DNA of 64,000 bases from a bacterium (GTDB taxonomy: Bacteria > Bacteroidota > Bacteroidia > Chitinophagales > JADIYW01). Both the position numbers and the translations under genes were made by a program. The notes beneath the pieces were generated by a model that ran no database searches, had not been told where the DNA came from, and was given only the letters and a program-made list of their open reading frames with translations. This document shows, piece after piece, positions 10,177-19,414 of this stretch. Each line of letters opens with the position of its first letter. The first letter of the stretch is position 1. The stretch is from positions 120,645 through 184,644 of the forward strand of contig JBBCIS010000008.1 of NCBI GenBank assembly GCA_037189845.1, written 5' to 3'.

Positions 10177-11007
10177 TCAATGTTCAAATTCTCCAAAATA
10201 TCTTTCAGGAGCTTTTTGCTCCAGTAAGTAAAACTGAGTAGGAGCGTAGCCGGTGTACTTTTTATAATTTCTGGAGAGATGCTGATAGTCGTAAAATCCA
10301 CTTTCGATAGCTATTGAAAACCAGTCTTTCTGTGGGAATCTGTTTTTGAGCAGATAGGCGAGATCCAGCCTGACCAGATTCTGATAATCTTTAGGAGTGA
10401 TACCGGTACAGGATTTAAAAGCCCGGTCAAATTGCCTGTAACATAGGTTGGACTGATTTGCATACCAGTCTAAGTTGTTTTGTTGAAAAGGGTTCAATAA
10501 CTGTCCGGCTATCTGATGTATAGGGTGTGTTTTTCTTTGGGTATTTTTGAATTGCCTGGTAAGAAATTCTTCTATGACCATAATCATTTCTGAATAATCT
10601 TTGCAGCCAGCCAGTTGTTCGTTGATCAGATGAATATCTCTTCCCGGTAGTAGTTCGCCGTCTATATATTGATTGCTCAGCTTTTCAGCAGAGATTTTAA
10701 ATACAGAAGACAGAACTCCTGGTTGAAATACAACCTGAAAGTTTAAAAAACGACTTCCTACTTTCCTATAGGTTAGTTCCGTATGTTGACCAAACAAAAC
10801 GACTTTATATTGAAAGTTTTTGCCGTTTCGGTAATCTGCATTTTCGCAGTCAAACGGTGTGAATTGCAGGCAATGTTCTATTCTGGGCCTGTATGCCTTT
10901 ACCTGACAGGAATGAAGAGGTTCATGTGTAAAATCAAAATCAATAATTCTGTAAAATCGTACAAAATCTTTAAGATGTGTTCCCGGTGCGATATTGTTTA
11001 ACAGCAT
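10177..11007 (-). CDS. AraC family transcriptional regulator (DUF6597-like N-terminus)
   Basis: C-terminal double HTH: RQFDRAFKSCTGITPKDY...R, IAIESGFYDYQHLSRNYKKYTGYAPT. Confidence 0.9.
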   Translation of the reverse strand: MLLNNIAPGTHLKDFVRFYRIIDFDFTHEPLHSCQVKAYRPRIEHCLQFTPFDCENADYRNGKNFQYKVVLFGQHTELTYRKVGSRFLNFQVVFQPGVLSSVFKISAEKLSNQYIDGELLPGRDIHLINEQLAGCKDYSEMIMVIEEFLTRQFKNTQRKTHPIHQIAGQLLNPFQQNNLDWYANQSNLCYRQFDRAFKSCTGITPKDYQNLVRLDLAYLLKNRFPQKDWFSIAIESGFYDYQHLSRNYKKYTGYAPTQFYLLEQKAPERYFGEFEH

Positions 11008-11133
11008 ATCTACGGGATTTTTGAGTTTGTAAATTGATTTTAAATGAAGTTAGTGATTTTTGTGATATGAAGAAAATACTATCTGCTTTTCTTTAAACAG
11101 GATATAACTTGTTTATTGAGTACTTGTGCATTA

Positions 11134-11520
11134 TTATTTCATCTGAACAGGATGGATAATATTGTCTTCTAATGTAACTTCTGTATCCGAAAAATCGATA
11201 AGCTTTAATTCAAATAATGAATTAAGCTGTTCAATGATCGTATTATCCAGGCCTTTTGGGACTTTTGAATATTGTTCTGCCATATAATCGACGTATTCTG
11301 TCACTGTTAGTTTACCTTTTGCATCCAGAAAAATTATCTGTGGCCATTCGTACATTGTAATCATTCTGGGACCATGTGGATCATGGACAACTATTTGTCT
11401 TTCATTCAGCCACATCCATGATGCAACTCTATAGAAATATTTGCCCTTAAATTCATACTCTGTTAAGGCGAGAAACTCAGGTATGTCTTTTTTGAAGTAC
11501 TTTTTAAATATGTTAAGCAT
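11134..11520 (-). CDS. Hypothetical protein with weak PqqD-like character
   Basis: 128-aa ORF; WPQIIFLDAKGKLTVTEYVDYMAEQY...IIEQLNSL resembles the PqqD helical pattern; unverified. Confidence 0.5.
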   Translation of the reverse strand: MLNIFKKYFKKDIPEFLALTEYEFKGKYFYRVASWMWLNERQIVVHDPHGPRMITMYEWPQIIFLDAKGKLTVTEYVDYMAEQYSKVPKGLDNTIIEQLNSLFELKLIDFSDTEVTLEDNIIHPVQMK

Positions 11521-11549
11521 AAACGAGACTTCAGTGGTTCGAAGATTGG

Positions 11550-12443
11550 TTATCTGGCTAATCTGAATTTTATGGGTACGGTCATTCGTGTTGTCACGGG
11601 CTTGTCATTATATATTGCCGGAATCCAATTGTCCTTCGTTAATTTCATTACACGCAATGCTTCTTCGCTCAACCCATCTTTGATACCTTCTTTGATCTCA
11701 AAATTATGGGCATTGCCCTCTTTGTCTATAACGAAAGTGATAATTACGGTTCCCTGTGTACCATTATCCAAAGCCATTTCCGGGTATCTGATATTGTAAT
11801 TTATGTGTGACATCATCTCACTTTTATCCCCTAAATATAGTGCTGGTCTGTCTAATTTTACTTCGATCACCCCCTCATCAGTAATTACTTCTGTCTCAAC
11901 ATCAGACTGGTTATCAGTAGGATTTTTATAAAATAAAAGTTCCTTGGTGTTGAAATTGTATTTTTGAATCAATCCTGATTGTTCATCAAAAAATTCCCAG
12001 ATTCCGATTCTTATATCTTCTTTGTAATTTCCCTGATTTCTAAGAGAAATTCCGTCTGAAAAGTAGGTTTTCCATTGTTCGCTCTTTTTGCCATCATGAT
12101 AGTTACCCTGGCTTTTGATTTTTCCTTTGTAACCATATTCTGTCCAAAGCCCTTCCTTTTTGTCATTTCTATAATGTCCCCTAGTATTGATCGTTCCACT
12201 ATAACCGTATTCTGTCCACAGGCTGTCTTTTAATCCATCTTTGTAATATCCTTCGATTTTCAATTTGTTATTACCATACTTCTGATATAAACCATGTTTG
12301 ATGTCCGGATTACTTTTTAAAACATAATAAACTTCGCTGTCATAAGACTTCTTAGGGCCGGTGGTGATTTTTATAGTTTCTTGTCCGAAAATATTCAGGC
12401 AGAAACCTGCAAAAAATAGAAATAATAAAATATAATCTTTCAT
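11550..12443 (-). CDS. Exported MORN-variant repeat protein with C-terminal TonB_C domain (paralog 1)
   Basis: Signal peptide; repeats such as GYYKDGLKDSLWTEY and GHYRNDKKEGLWTEY; TonB_C: IRYPEMALDNGTQGTVIITFVIDKEG...WIPA...PIKF. Confidence 0.85.
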   Translation of the reverse strand: MKDYILLFLFFAGFCLNIFGQETIKITTGPKKSYDSEVYYVLKSNPDIKHGLYQKYGNNKLKIEGYYKDGLKDSLWTEYGYSGTINTRGHYRNDKKEGLWTEYGYKGKIKSQGNYHDGKKSEQWKTYFSDGISLRNQGNYKEDIRIGIWEFFDEQSGLIQKYNFNTKELLFYKNPTDNQSDVETEVITDEGVIEVKLDRPALYLGDKSEMMSHINYNIRYPEMALDNGTQGTVIITFVIDKEGNAHNFEIKEGIKDGLSEEALRVMKLTKDNWIPAIYNDKPVTTRMTVPIKFRLAR

Positions 12444-12543
12444 GACTACAAGATATGCTTTTTATCATCTTTAGTCTATCAGTACTGTTTTAGAATGGGA
12501 TATTAAAAAACAGAGATCAGACATCTAAATCTTCTCTAACAAC

Positions 12544-13065
12544 TTAATCTTTTTCTATTAATCTGTTAAGGTCAAGTTTAAAACCGAAGAAACTTTGCAT
12601 GAGCGATTGGTCAACTCCCGCTTCTATCGTTTCAGCGTTTTTCCCTATCAGAGAGAATTTCCATTTTGATAATAGATCATACAATTCCTCTTCACAGAGT
12701 ATGTGTTTGAAATCTTTTAAATGTACATCACGATAACCGAAATCAGATCCGGCGTTGTAATCTGGGCCATAATGTATCCATGAATGAAACCATGTGTCAT
12801 ATGGTTTTTGATTCGTAAACATCTGACTGATATAGTACCTGGAATTACCTGTAGAATCGGTATAATTGAGTAAGTTAATACACAATTTTACTTTTACACC
12901 GCTGTCATACTTTTTGTAAGTCCAAGCCAGAACTAATGATAAATCATTTTCCTTGTCCCATTTGTTTTTAGGGAATTCAGTTGCAGCAATTATTGGATGA
13001 TTTTCCCGCTGTCCTTGTGCGGAAAAAGAAATTACAAGAGAAAGTAATAAAAACAAAATTCTCAT
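12544..13065 (-). CDS. Hypothetical exported protein
   Basis: 173-aa ORF with signal peptide (SFSAQG), between the two TonB_C paralogs. Confidence 0.7.
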   Translation of the reverse strand: MRILFLLLSLVISFSAQGQRENHPIIAATEFPKNKWDKENDLSLVLAWTYKKYDSGVKVKLCINLLNYTDSTGNSRYYISQMFTNQKPYDTWFHSWIHYGPDYNAGSDFGYRDVHLKDFKHILCEEELYDLLSKWKFSLIGKNAETIEAGVDQSLMQSFFGFKLDLNRLIEKD

Positions 13066-13068
13066 GGC

Positions 13069-14019
13069 TTATCTGCCTAATATGAATCTGATAGGTGCGG
13101 AAAATTTGACCCTGGATATTTCACCATCATGAATAGCCGGAAGCCAGCTGCCGGAAGTGAGTTGAATGACTCTGATACTTTCTTTATCTAATCCATATCC
13201 GACAGGTTTTTCTACTTCCACATTGCTAACAGTTCCGTCTTTCTCAACCACAAATGCAACGATTACGTTACCCTCAACACCATTATCCATCGCTAATTCG
13301 GGATATTTTACATTGCTTTGTATATGTCGCATGAACTCTTGGATACCTCCGATAAATGTCGGTATCCTTTCGACATTTATGGTAATACTTCCACTATCGG
13401 TTTTAACTGTAAGTTGTTGGTTGGGTACTTTTTCAATATAAAGTAGTTCTTTTTTGTCGTAGTCGTATTTTTGCATTAAAGAACCATCAGGATTATAAAA
13501 TTCCCAAATGCCGGTTTTTTTGTTGTTGTAATATTCTCCTTTACTTTCAATCTTTTCATTGTTGTAATAGCTGGTGCTGAGACCGTTTCTATTGTCTTTA
13601 CGATAAAAATCTTTCTGCAACAGAACCCCAGAAGTCGAATATGTGATCCAAATACTGTCTTTTACTCCACGTTTATAAAATCCTTCAGTGTTTTTTATCC
13701 CAGAATTATAATATTTTATAGATAGGCCGTGTAAGTGTCCGTCTTGATAATGATTTTGGGAAAGAGGGATTCCATCGTATCGGTATTCCGTCCAAAGACT
13801 GTCTTTTTCTCCATTTTTATAATATCCCGTAATTTCCAGGCGATCTTTGTATCCGAATTTCTGATAAGGCCCGTGTTTTACGCTCTTATCTTTTTTTAAA
13901 ACATAGTAAATCTCTTTCGTATAAGATTTTTTGGTTGCATCTACTATTTTGACGGTTTCCTGTGCGGAAACTCCCAGCGCAGAAAAAGTAAAAATCAGGA
14001 ATGCGAAAATTGTTTTCAT
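13069..14019 (-). CDS. Exported MORN-variant repeat protein with C-terminal TonB_C domain (paralog 2)
   Basis: Signal peptide; GYYKNGEKDSLWTEY-type repeats; VKYPELAMDNGVEGNVIVAFVVEKDG...WLPA...PIRF. Confidence 0.85.
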   Translation of the reverse strand: MKTIFAFLIFTFSALGVSAQETVKIVDATKKSYTKEIYYVLKKDKSVKHGPYQKFGYKDRLEITGYYKNGEKDSLWTEYRYDGIPLSQNHYQDGHLHGLSIKYYNSGIKNTEGFYKRGVKDSIWITYSTSGVLLQKDFYRKDNRNGLSTSYYNNEKIESKGEYYNNKKTGIWEFYNPDGSLMQKYDYDKKELLYIEKVPNQQLTVKTDSGSITINVERIPTFIGGIQEFMRHIQSNVKYPELAMDNGVEGNVIVAFVVEKDGTVSNVEVEKPVGYGLDKESIRVIQLTSGSWLPAIHDGEISRVKFSAPIRFILGR

Positions 14020-14033
14020 AAATTCAATATCAG

Positions 14034-15722
14034 TTAAGGATTAAATTTAACTGCTGCTGTATCATACAGGAAGTACCACTCATCTGCAACCATTACTTTT
14101 TTATAGCCACGGTCAGGATAATCTGTCAGGAATTTCTGCCATTCCGGGTCAAATAAATATCTGTCGTCGTACAAAAACAGCGGAGTGACATAATACATCT
14201 GAGTTTTCAGACTGTCAGCAAAATGCTCAAAGCTGGTCTTTTTCCATACTGCAGGTGTCCATTTATAGTGAATGGCTTTGTCCTGTGGAATAAAACAGAT
14301 GATACCGCCTTCGTTTTCGGAGATAGCAACAGTATCTTTCAATGGTGTGAATTTTTCCAATACTTTTGCTGCCCGCGCATTAAAGTTGCCTTTAGGTTCC
14401 CTGAAATTGTCAAAATAGGGGCGGCTTTTTGCACTGGGAGCCAGTATAATCAGCAGGAATACAAATATCGAAACCAATCCCAGCCGCTCTCTGGTAGCCA
14501 CAGGATTTTTCCAGCCGGTAAATCCATACGAAAGTGTCAGTATCAGTGTCAATAGGAGGATCAGCTGCAATACCATATAATGTTCTCTCGGGAAGATCAC
14601 TATGACGGAGATAAATGTAGGACTTACAACTATGGCCAGTAGCAACCAGTCCCATCCGTGAGATTTGAATTTAGTCCACCAGTTTTTAAAGCTGAACATT
14701 TTCAATGCGAATAAAGCGATCAACACCAACCCAAGAATGATGGTTCTCGGAATTTCTTTTAGCTTGAAAATGGATTCAGGAAGAAAAATATCTGTGTAAA
14801 ATTTCCATACATTTTCCAGGTAATGAGTGAAGTTGTATGCGAAGTGATGATAAATGGGAGCAGGATTGGCTTTGATTGCGTCACCAATATTTGCAACATC
14901 TCCGAAAACTTCTTTGATGATGATATCTGCATGTAGCTGCCATCTGTCGGGTCTTAAATCATTCCAGATGGTATAATTATAGGCAAAATGCTGCCCGAAT
15001 GCCGCGACAGCTCTGCCTCCTTCACCTTCAAAATTAAATAAAGGATTACCCAGCCATTTTTGTAATCCGACAGTTCCTATAATCAGAATAACAAACAATG
15101 CCCAGGTGAATTTCTCAATTTTTATCTTTTTGAAGAGCTGATATACCAGCAGTGAAATAATGATGATAAACAGCAGTAAATAACCCAGATACAGCTCCGG
15201 ACGCATGTACGATGCGAAAATAACTCCTCCGGCAATAATGATCACCTGGTCAATCCTCCTTTTGAAGAATGTGGAAACGACAAATGTCAGGGCAATCAGT
15301 GTTGTTGTGAAAAGTGAGATTTTAGGCCAGGAATAAAAGTTAATGTGAGATGCAATATAAAACATGGCAATCACCGCCGATACTAATGGCCTGATGCCTA
15401 TTCTGGTCCAGTAAATATAAAATAATACCCCGGGAACAACAGTCAGTACCTGAAAATTGAGGAGGTAGAGGTTCAGCGGATGAGATTGAAAAAAGTGTAA
15501 AAAATAATACCATGCTGCATAAATGGGTCCCCAGGCTTTCTGAAGCTTTGTTGCAAACAAAAGTCCGTTCTGCATATATAGACCTTCATCCCATCCCAGC
15601 ACGTCGGTAAATTCAGGAATTCTCCAGACACAAATAATTCCAAATGCAATGACAGCTATAAGTAAATACAAAAACATCAGCTTCGATGTTTTGGAAGAGG
15701 AGTTTACTATTTTCAGATTCAT
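14034..15722 (-). CDS. Polytopic membrane protein, putative GT-C fold glycosyltransferase
   Basis: Many TM helices; DE motif (GWDEGLY) in the first loop after TM1; soluble C-terminal domain. Confidence 0.55.
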   Translation of the reverse strand: MNLKIVNSSSKTSKLMFLYLLIAVIAFGIICVWRIPEFTDVLGWDEGLYMQNGLLFATKLQKAWGPIYAAWYYFLHFFQSHPLNLYLLNFQVLTVVPGVLFYIYWTRIGIRPLVSAVIAMFYIASHINFYSWPKISLFTTTLIALTFVVSTFFKRRIDQVIIIAGGVIFASYMRPELYLGYLLLFIIIISLLVYQLFKKIKIEKFTWALFVILIIGTVGLQKWLGNPLFNFEGEGGRAVAAFGQHFAYNYTIWNDLRPDRWQLHADIIIKEVFGDVANIGDAIKANPAPIYHHFAYNFTHYLENVWKFYTDIFLPESIFKLKEIPRTIILGLVLIALFALKMFSFKNWWTKFKSHGWDWLLLAIVVSPTFISVIVIFPREHYMVLQLILLLTLILTLSYGFTGWKNPVATRERLGLVSIFVFLLIILAPSAKSRPYFDNFREPKGNFNARAAKVLEKFTPLKDTVAISENEGGIICFIPQDKAIHYKWTPAVWKKTSFEHFADSLKTQMYYVTPLFLYDDRYLFDPEWQKFLTDYPDRGYKKVMVADEWYFLYDTAAVKFNP

Positions 15723-15826
15723 CTACCCAAAAATACTGATTTTATATGTGAACATTTTCTTAAAGTGGATAAGAAACAACCGTTTACTCTCAATTTTAAA
15801 TACTTTTATACAATAATTTTTAGAGT

Positions 15827-16981
15827 ATGTTTAAAAGGATATCTTATTTGTTTCTGATAACAATATTAATGACCTCCTGTACCGTGTTACAGCAGGCAGC
15901 TGAAAAGCAAAAACAAAATCAGCAAAAACAAAAAGAAAAACAAGCCGGAGGTGGTGGCGGTGCCAGAACCGGGCAGGCCGACAACAAGAACCGGGATGAT
16001 TATAACCCCGACGGTACAAGATACAGAGATAAGGTGTTCAATGAATTTGATGTCACCAGTGAAACATTTCTGACAGGTGTGCCTACCTGGAATGATGGAA
16101 AGACAGACCTGACAATAGATATTTATACTCCTAAAAATGATCAGATTTCAACCGGAAGGCCTTGTATTATATTCTACTTTGGAGGAGCGTGGGCTTCTAA
16201 AATGAAACAAGGCTTTGATGTATTCAACAGTGAGCTGGCCATGAGAGGATATGTGGCTATTTCCGGTGATTACAGAGTAGGGTTTTTACAGTCAAATTTA
16301 GCTATAGGATGTATTGGAGATATAGAAAAAAATATGACTGAGGCAGCGTTCAGAGGTTTTCAGGATACAAAAGCACTCATCAGACACGTACGTGCCAATG
16401 CTGCTAAATACGGGGTTGATCCGAATAAAATCTATGTAGCAGGTGGTAGTGCAGGAGGTGCAAATGCTCTGGGAGCTTTATATTTTCAGGATAATGAAGT
16501 TCCATCTGATATCGCCAGAAGTATCGGGAGTCTTGAATCTATCGGGAATTACAGAAATGTAAGCTCTAAGCCCAATGGCGTGATTACACTGGCAGGCCCT
16601 TTATTTGGTGGTCCGGAGGTGATAGAAAAGCAGAATGTACCGGTTTATCTTTTACAGGGACAATGTGATGAATTAATTCCATGGAATTATGCAAAAGCTT
16701 TTCCTCATTGCAAAAACAATAGTAAAATACCTACAGTAATGGGTTGTAATGCGTTGTATGAAAGGCTGAAAGCAGTAGGAGAGACAGTATGGTTTGATGT
16801 AGTATGCGGTGGAGGTCATGGATCATTTGAGTGGGGAATGGTGGAGCTCAACAGAAGGATGTCAAATTTTTGTTACTTAGTCATGAACAATCAAATGAGA
16901 ACCGGTGATTTTATCTTTATGCCGGCAAAAGTTACTTGTCCAGGAAAAACATTCCCGGAATGTGAAAAGTGGAAGAAATAA
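15827..16981 (+). CDS. Alpha/beta-hydrolase (carboxylesterase-like) lipoprotein
   Basis: Lipobox MTSC; FGGAW oxyanion region, GGSAGG nucleophile elbow, GQCD and GGGHG. Confidence 0.85.
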   Translation: MFKRISYLFLITILMTSCTVLQQAAEKQKQNQQKQKEKQAGGGGGARTGQADNKNRDDYNPDGTRYRDKVFNEFDVTSETFLTGVPTWNDGKTDLTIDIYTPKNDQISTGRPCIIFYFGGAWASKMKQGFDVFNSELAMRGYVAISGDYRVGFLQSNLAIGCIGDIEKNMTEAAFRGFQDTKALIRHVRANAAKYGVDPNKIYVAGGSAGGANALGALYFQDNEVPSDIARSIGSLESIGNYRNVSSKPNGVITLAGPLFGGPEVIEKQNVPVYLLQGQCDELIPWNYAKAFPHCKNNSKIPTVMGCNALYERLKAVGETVWFDVVCGGGHGSFEWGMVELNRRMSNFCYLVMNNQMRTGDFIFMPAKVTCPGKTFPECEKWKK

Positions 16982-17000
16982 TTAATAACGAAATAGTATG

Positions 17001-17028
17001 AAGGTTGCTGCAAAGGCAACCTTTTTTA
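17001..17028 (+). terminator. Intrinsic terminator between convergent genes
   Basis: AAGGTTGC-7nt-GCAACCTT followed by a T-run. Confidence 0.75.
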
Positions 17029-17035
17029 TTTTGCT

Positions 17036-18013
17036 TTAGTTCAGAGATTTTCTGATTTTCTCCATTGCTTCAGTATAGCTGACCTTACTTTTCCAATCCA
17101 ATTCTGTACGGGCTTTACTGACGATCACCCTTCTGTCAGAACTGGTCGCAATGACTGATTTGATGCCGATTGGAGGTTGAAGCCCGAAAGCCGGGAAAAC
17201 AACATTCATGATTTTTGCCATAGTAAGTGCTGTGCTTCTGGAGATTTTTCCTTTAGGTTGAAATCCTTTCATCGCTAACAGATCGGTAAAATATTGCTTC
17301 CAGGTGACACCATATTCATCCATGAAAAAATAGGTTTGATTATGTGCTACAGGCATAGTCATTATCCTGAAAATGCCATCAGCCAGATTTTCTGCATCGA
17401 TCAGGCAGGCATCTTTTTGCCCGTCATCCACGAGCCTGACTCCAAAAAATGACTGGGCTCTTTTGAGAGGTTCTCTTACCCAGATACTATCCGGACCTAT
17501 TACGGCAGCAGGTCTTACTATCGTATAAATGATGTTGTGTTGTGTGCAAAATGATTTGACCAGCTCTTCTGCATCAATTTTTGCATCATCATAGTGTACA
17601 CCACTTCTGACTAAAGGAACCGTTTCGTCCGGTAATCCTTTACTTCTGTCTATATATGTAGCAGGACCGAAAGAGCTGATATAGATGAAATGTCTGACGC
17701 CATGTTTCAGTGAATCTTCCAGCATCCATTGGGTCGCATCGTAGTGAGCCAGATAAAAATCTGCTTTCGTCCCATGATCTATTACTCTTGCGGCGCTATG
17801 AACGACTATATCGCAACCTTCAGTCAGATTTTTGATGTCAGCAGGTACACAGATATCCGCTTTTTTCATTTCTACACCTTTAGAAGTAAACTCATCTGTA
17901 TTACGAGGTGAAAAATATTGACCTGCAATACGATACTGGCCGTCCTGTAAAATTCTGTTCATCAAATTTTTACCTATCAGTCCGGTAATGCCTGTAATGA
18001 GAACTTTTGTCAT
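17036..18013 (-). CDS. NAD-dependent epimerase/dehydratase (extended SDR)
   Basis: LITGITGLIG Rossmann motif, VVHSAA, YDDAK catalytic YxxxK, IVRPAAVIGP. Confidence 0.9.
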   Translation of the reverse strand: MTKVLITGITGLIGKNLMNRILQDGQYRIAGQYFSPRNTDEFTSKGVEMKKADICVPADIKNLTEGCDIVVHSAARVIDHGTKADFYLAHYDATQWMLEDSLKHGVRHFIYISSFGPATYIDRSKGLPDETVPLVRSGVHYDDAKIDAEELVKSFCTQHNIIYTIVRPAAVIGPDSIWVREPLKRAQSFFGVRLVDDGQKDACLIDAENLADGIFRIMTMPVAHNQTYFFMDEYGVTWKQYFTDLLAMKGFQPKGKISRSTALTMAKIMNVVFPAFGLQPPIGIKSVIATSSDRRVIVSKARTELDWKSKVSYTEAMEKIRKSLN

Positions 18014-18051
18014 AATGATGAAAATTAAAAGAATTCGGTCTCAAATTAAAC

Positions 18052-18082
18052 AAAAAAGGAAAGGTTGTGAGCCTTTCCTTTT
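18052..18082 (-). terminator. Intrinsic terminator after fbp
   Basis: AAAAGGAAAGG-ttgtgag-CCTTTCCTTTT hairpin. Confidence 0.75.
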
Positions 18083-18103
18083 GATATTAAGTAGTTTGGA
18101 TCT

Positions 18104-19099
18104 TTACAGATAACCCAGCGCATCTTCTACATTTCCTTTGGAACCGATGAAGATAGGTACGCGCTGATGTAGTTCGGTAGGCTGTACATCCAGGATTCTA
18201 CCTGTTCCGGTAGATGCCAGCCCTTCTGCCTGCTCCTGAATAAATGACATCGGGTTACACTCGTACATCAGACGGAGCTTTCCTTTGCCACTCTTTCTTC
18301 CGGACGGATAGATGAAAATTCCACCTTTCAATAAATTTCTGTGAAAATCAGCTACCATTGAACCAATATATCTCAATGAATAAGGTTTTTTGTTGTCTGA
18401 ACTTTGACAATAATCAACATACTTCTGAACTCCGTCTTCAAAATCGTGGTAATTACCTTGATTCAGAGAATATATTTTACCTTTTTCAGGAGTTTTCAGG
18501 CTTGGATGTGATAAGCAGAATTCACCAATAGCAATATCCAGTGTAAATCCATTCACCCCATCGCCTGTTGTATATACAAGCATAGTTGATGAGCCATAGA
18601 TGACATATCCGGCAGCTACCTGCCTGTTTCCCGGTTGTAGAAAATCTTCGTCAGTACATGGTGTGCCGATAGGAGATAGTCTTTTATAGATAGAGAAGAT
18701 CGTTCCCACCGGAGCATTGCAGTCAATATTGGAAGAACCATCCAATGGGTCAAACAGCACTAAATACTTAGCATTTCTGCATTGAGGTTCATTGTGAAAT
18801 GATACGAAAGTGTCCTCTTCTTCAGAAGCTATTCCACAACATTCACCGCTGGTTTTAAGACATTTGATCAGAATATCGTTCGCGAACTCATCCAGCTTTT
18901 TGACTTCTTCACCCTGTACATTTGTGGAGCCGGCTTCACCCAGAATATGTTCTACCAGACCAGCTTTGCTGAGATCTCTGTTTACAATTTTTGCGGCTAC
19001 ACCTATATCTCTGAGTAATCTGGATAATTCTCCTGTTGCGCCCGGTGCGTCTTTTTGACCTTGTATGATAAATTCATCTAAGGTGATCAGTTTCTCCAT
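18104..19099 (-). CDS. fbp: Fructose-1,6-bisphosphatase class 1
   Basis: [36 protein letters not shown]. Confidence 0.97.
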   Translation of the reverse strand: MEKLITLDEFIIQGQKDAPGATGELSRLLRDIGVAAKIVNRDLSKAGLVEHILGEAGSTNVQGEEVKKLDEFANDILIKCLKTSGECCGIASEEEDTFVSFHNEPQCRNAKYLVLFDPLDGSSNIDCNAPVGTIFSIYKRLSPIGTPCTDEDFLQPGNRQVAAGYVIYGSSTMLVYTTGDGVNGFTLDIAIGEFCLSHPSLKTPEKGKIYSLNQGNYHDFEDGVQKYVDYCQSSDNKKPYSLRYIGSMVADFHRNLLKGGIFIYPSGRKSGKGKLRLMYECNPMSFIQEQAEGLASTGTGRILDVQPTELHQRVPIFIGSKGNVEDALGYL

Positions 19100-19356
19100 G
19101 TGTTCAAATTGTCTGAGCGCAAATATATGGTTTAATATGAATTATGCTTTGGAAAAGCTTACTTATTACTGATTATTCAGATGTGCTTCTGAATAAAAGA
19201 GTTAATGAAGTTCTTCTCATGTTGATTAAAAATAAAAATGCACTTCAATCAGGTTTTTACTATAGATTTGAACTGTATTTATAATGTGTGTTTAATGATA
19301 TTGATTTCTTCAGAAAGGAAGGATAGAAATGAAGCAATTTAAACTTGACTGATCAA

Positions 19357-19385
19357 TAAAAAACGCCGCCTTTTAGGGCGACGTT
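19357..19385 (-). terminator. Intrinsic terminator after the TonB-dependent receptor
   Basis: Minus strand AACGTCGCC-ctaaaa-GGCGGCGTT followed by a T-run. Confidence 0.7.
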
Positions 19386-19414
19386 CTTATTTTAAGTGTA
19401 GTTATTGATATAGA

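Noticed and set aside
11550-14019. Toxin-antitoxin (YwqK antitoxin) reading of the MORN-repeat proteins
   Set aside because: The label only reflects the repeat type; the proteins are exported, end in TonB_C, and no cognate toxin is adjacent.
15895-15965. Gln/Lys- and Gly-rich low-complexity stretch in the esterase
   Set aside because: An ordinary flexible linker after a lipoprotein anchor, not a DNA repeat array.
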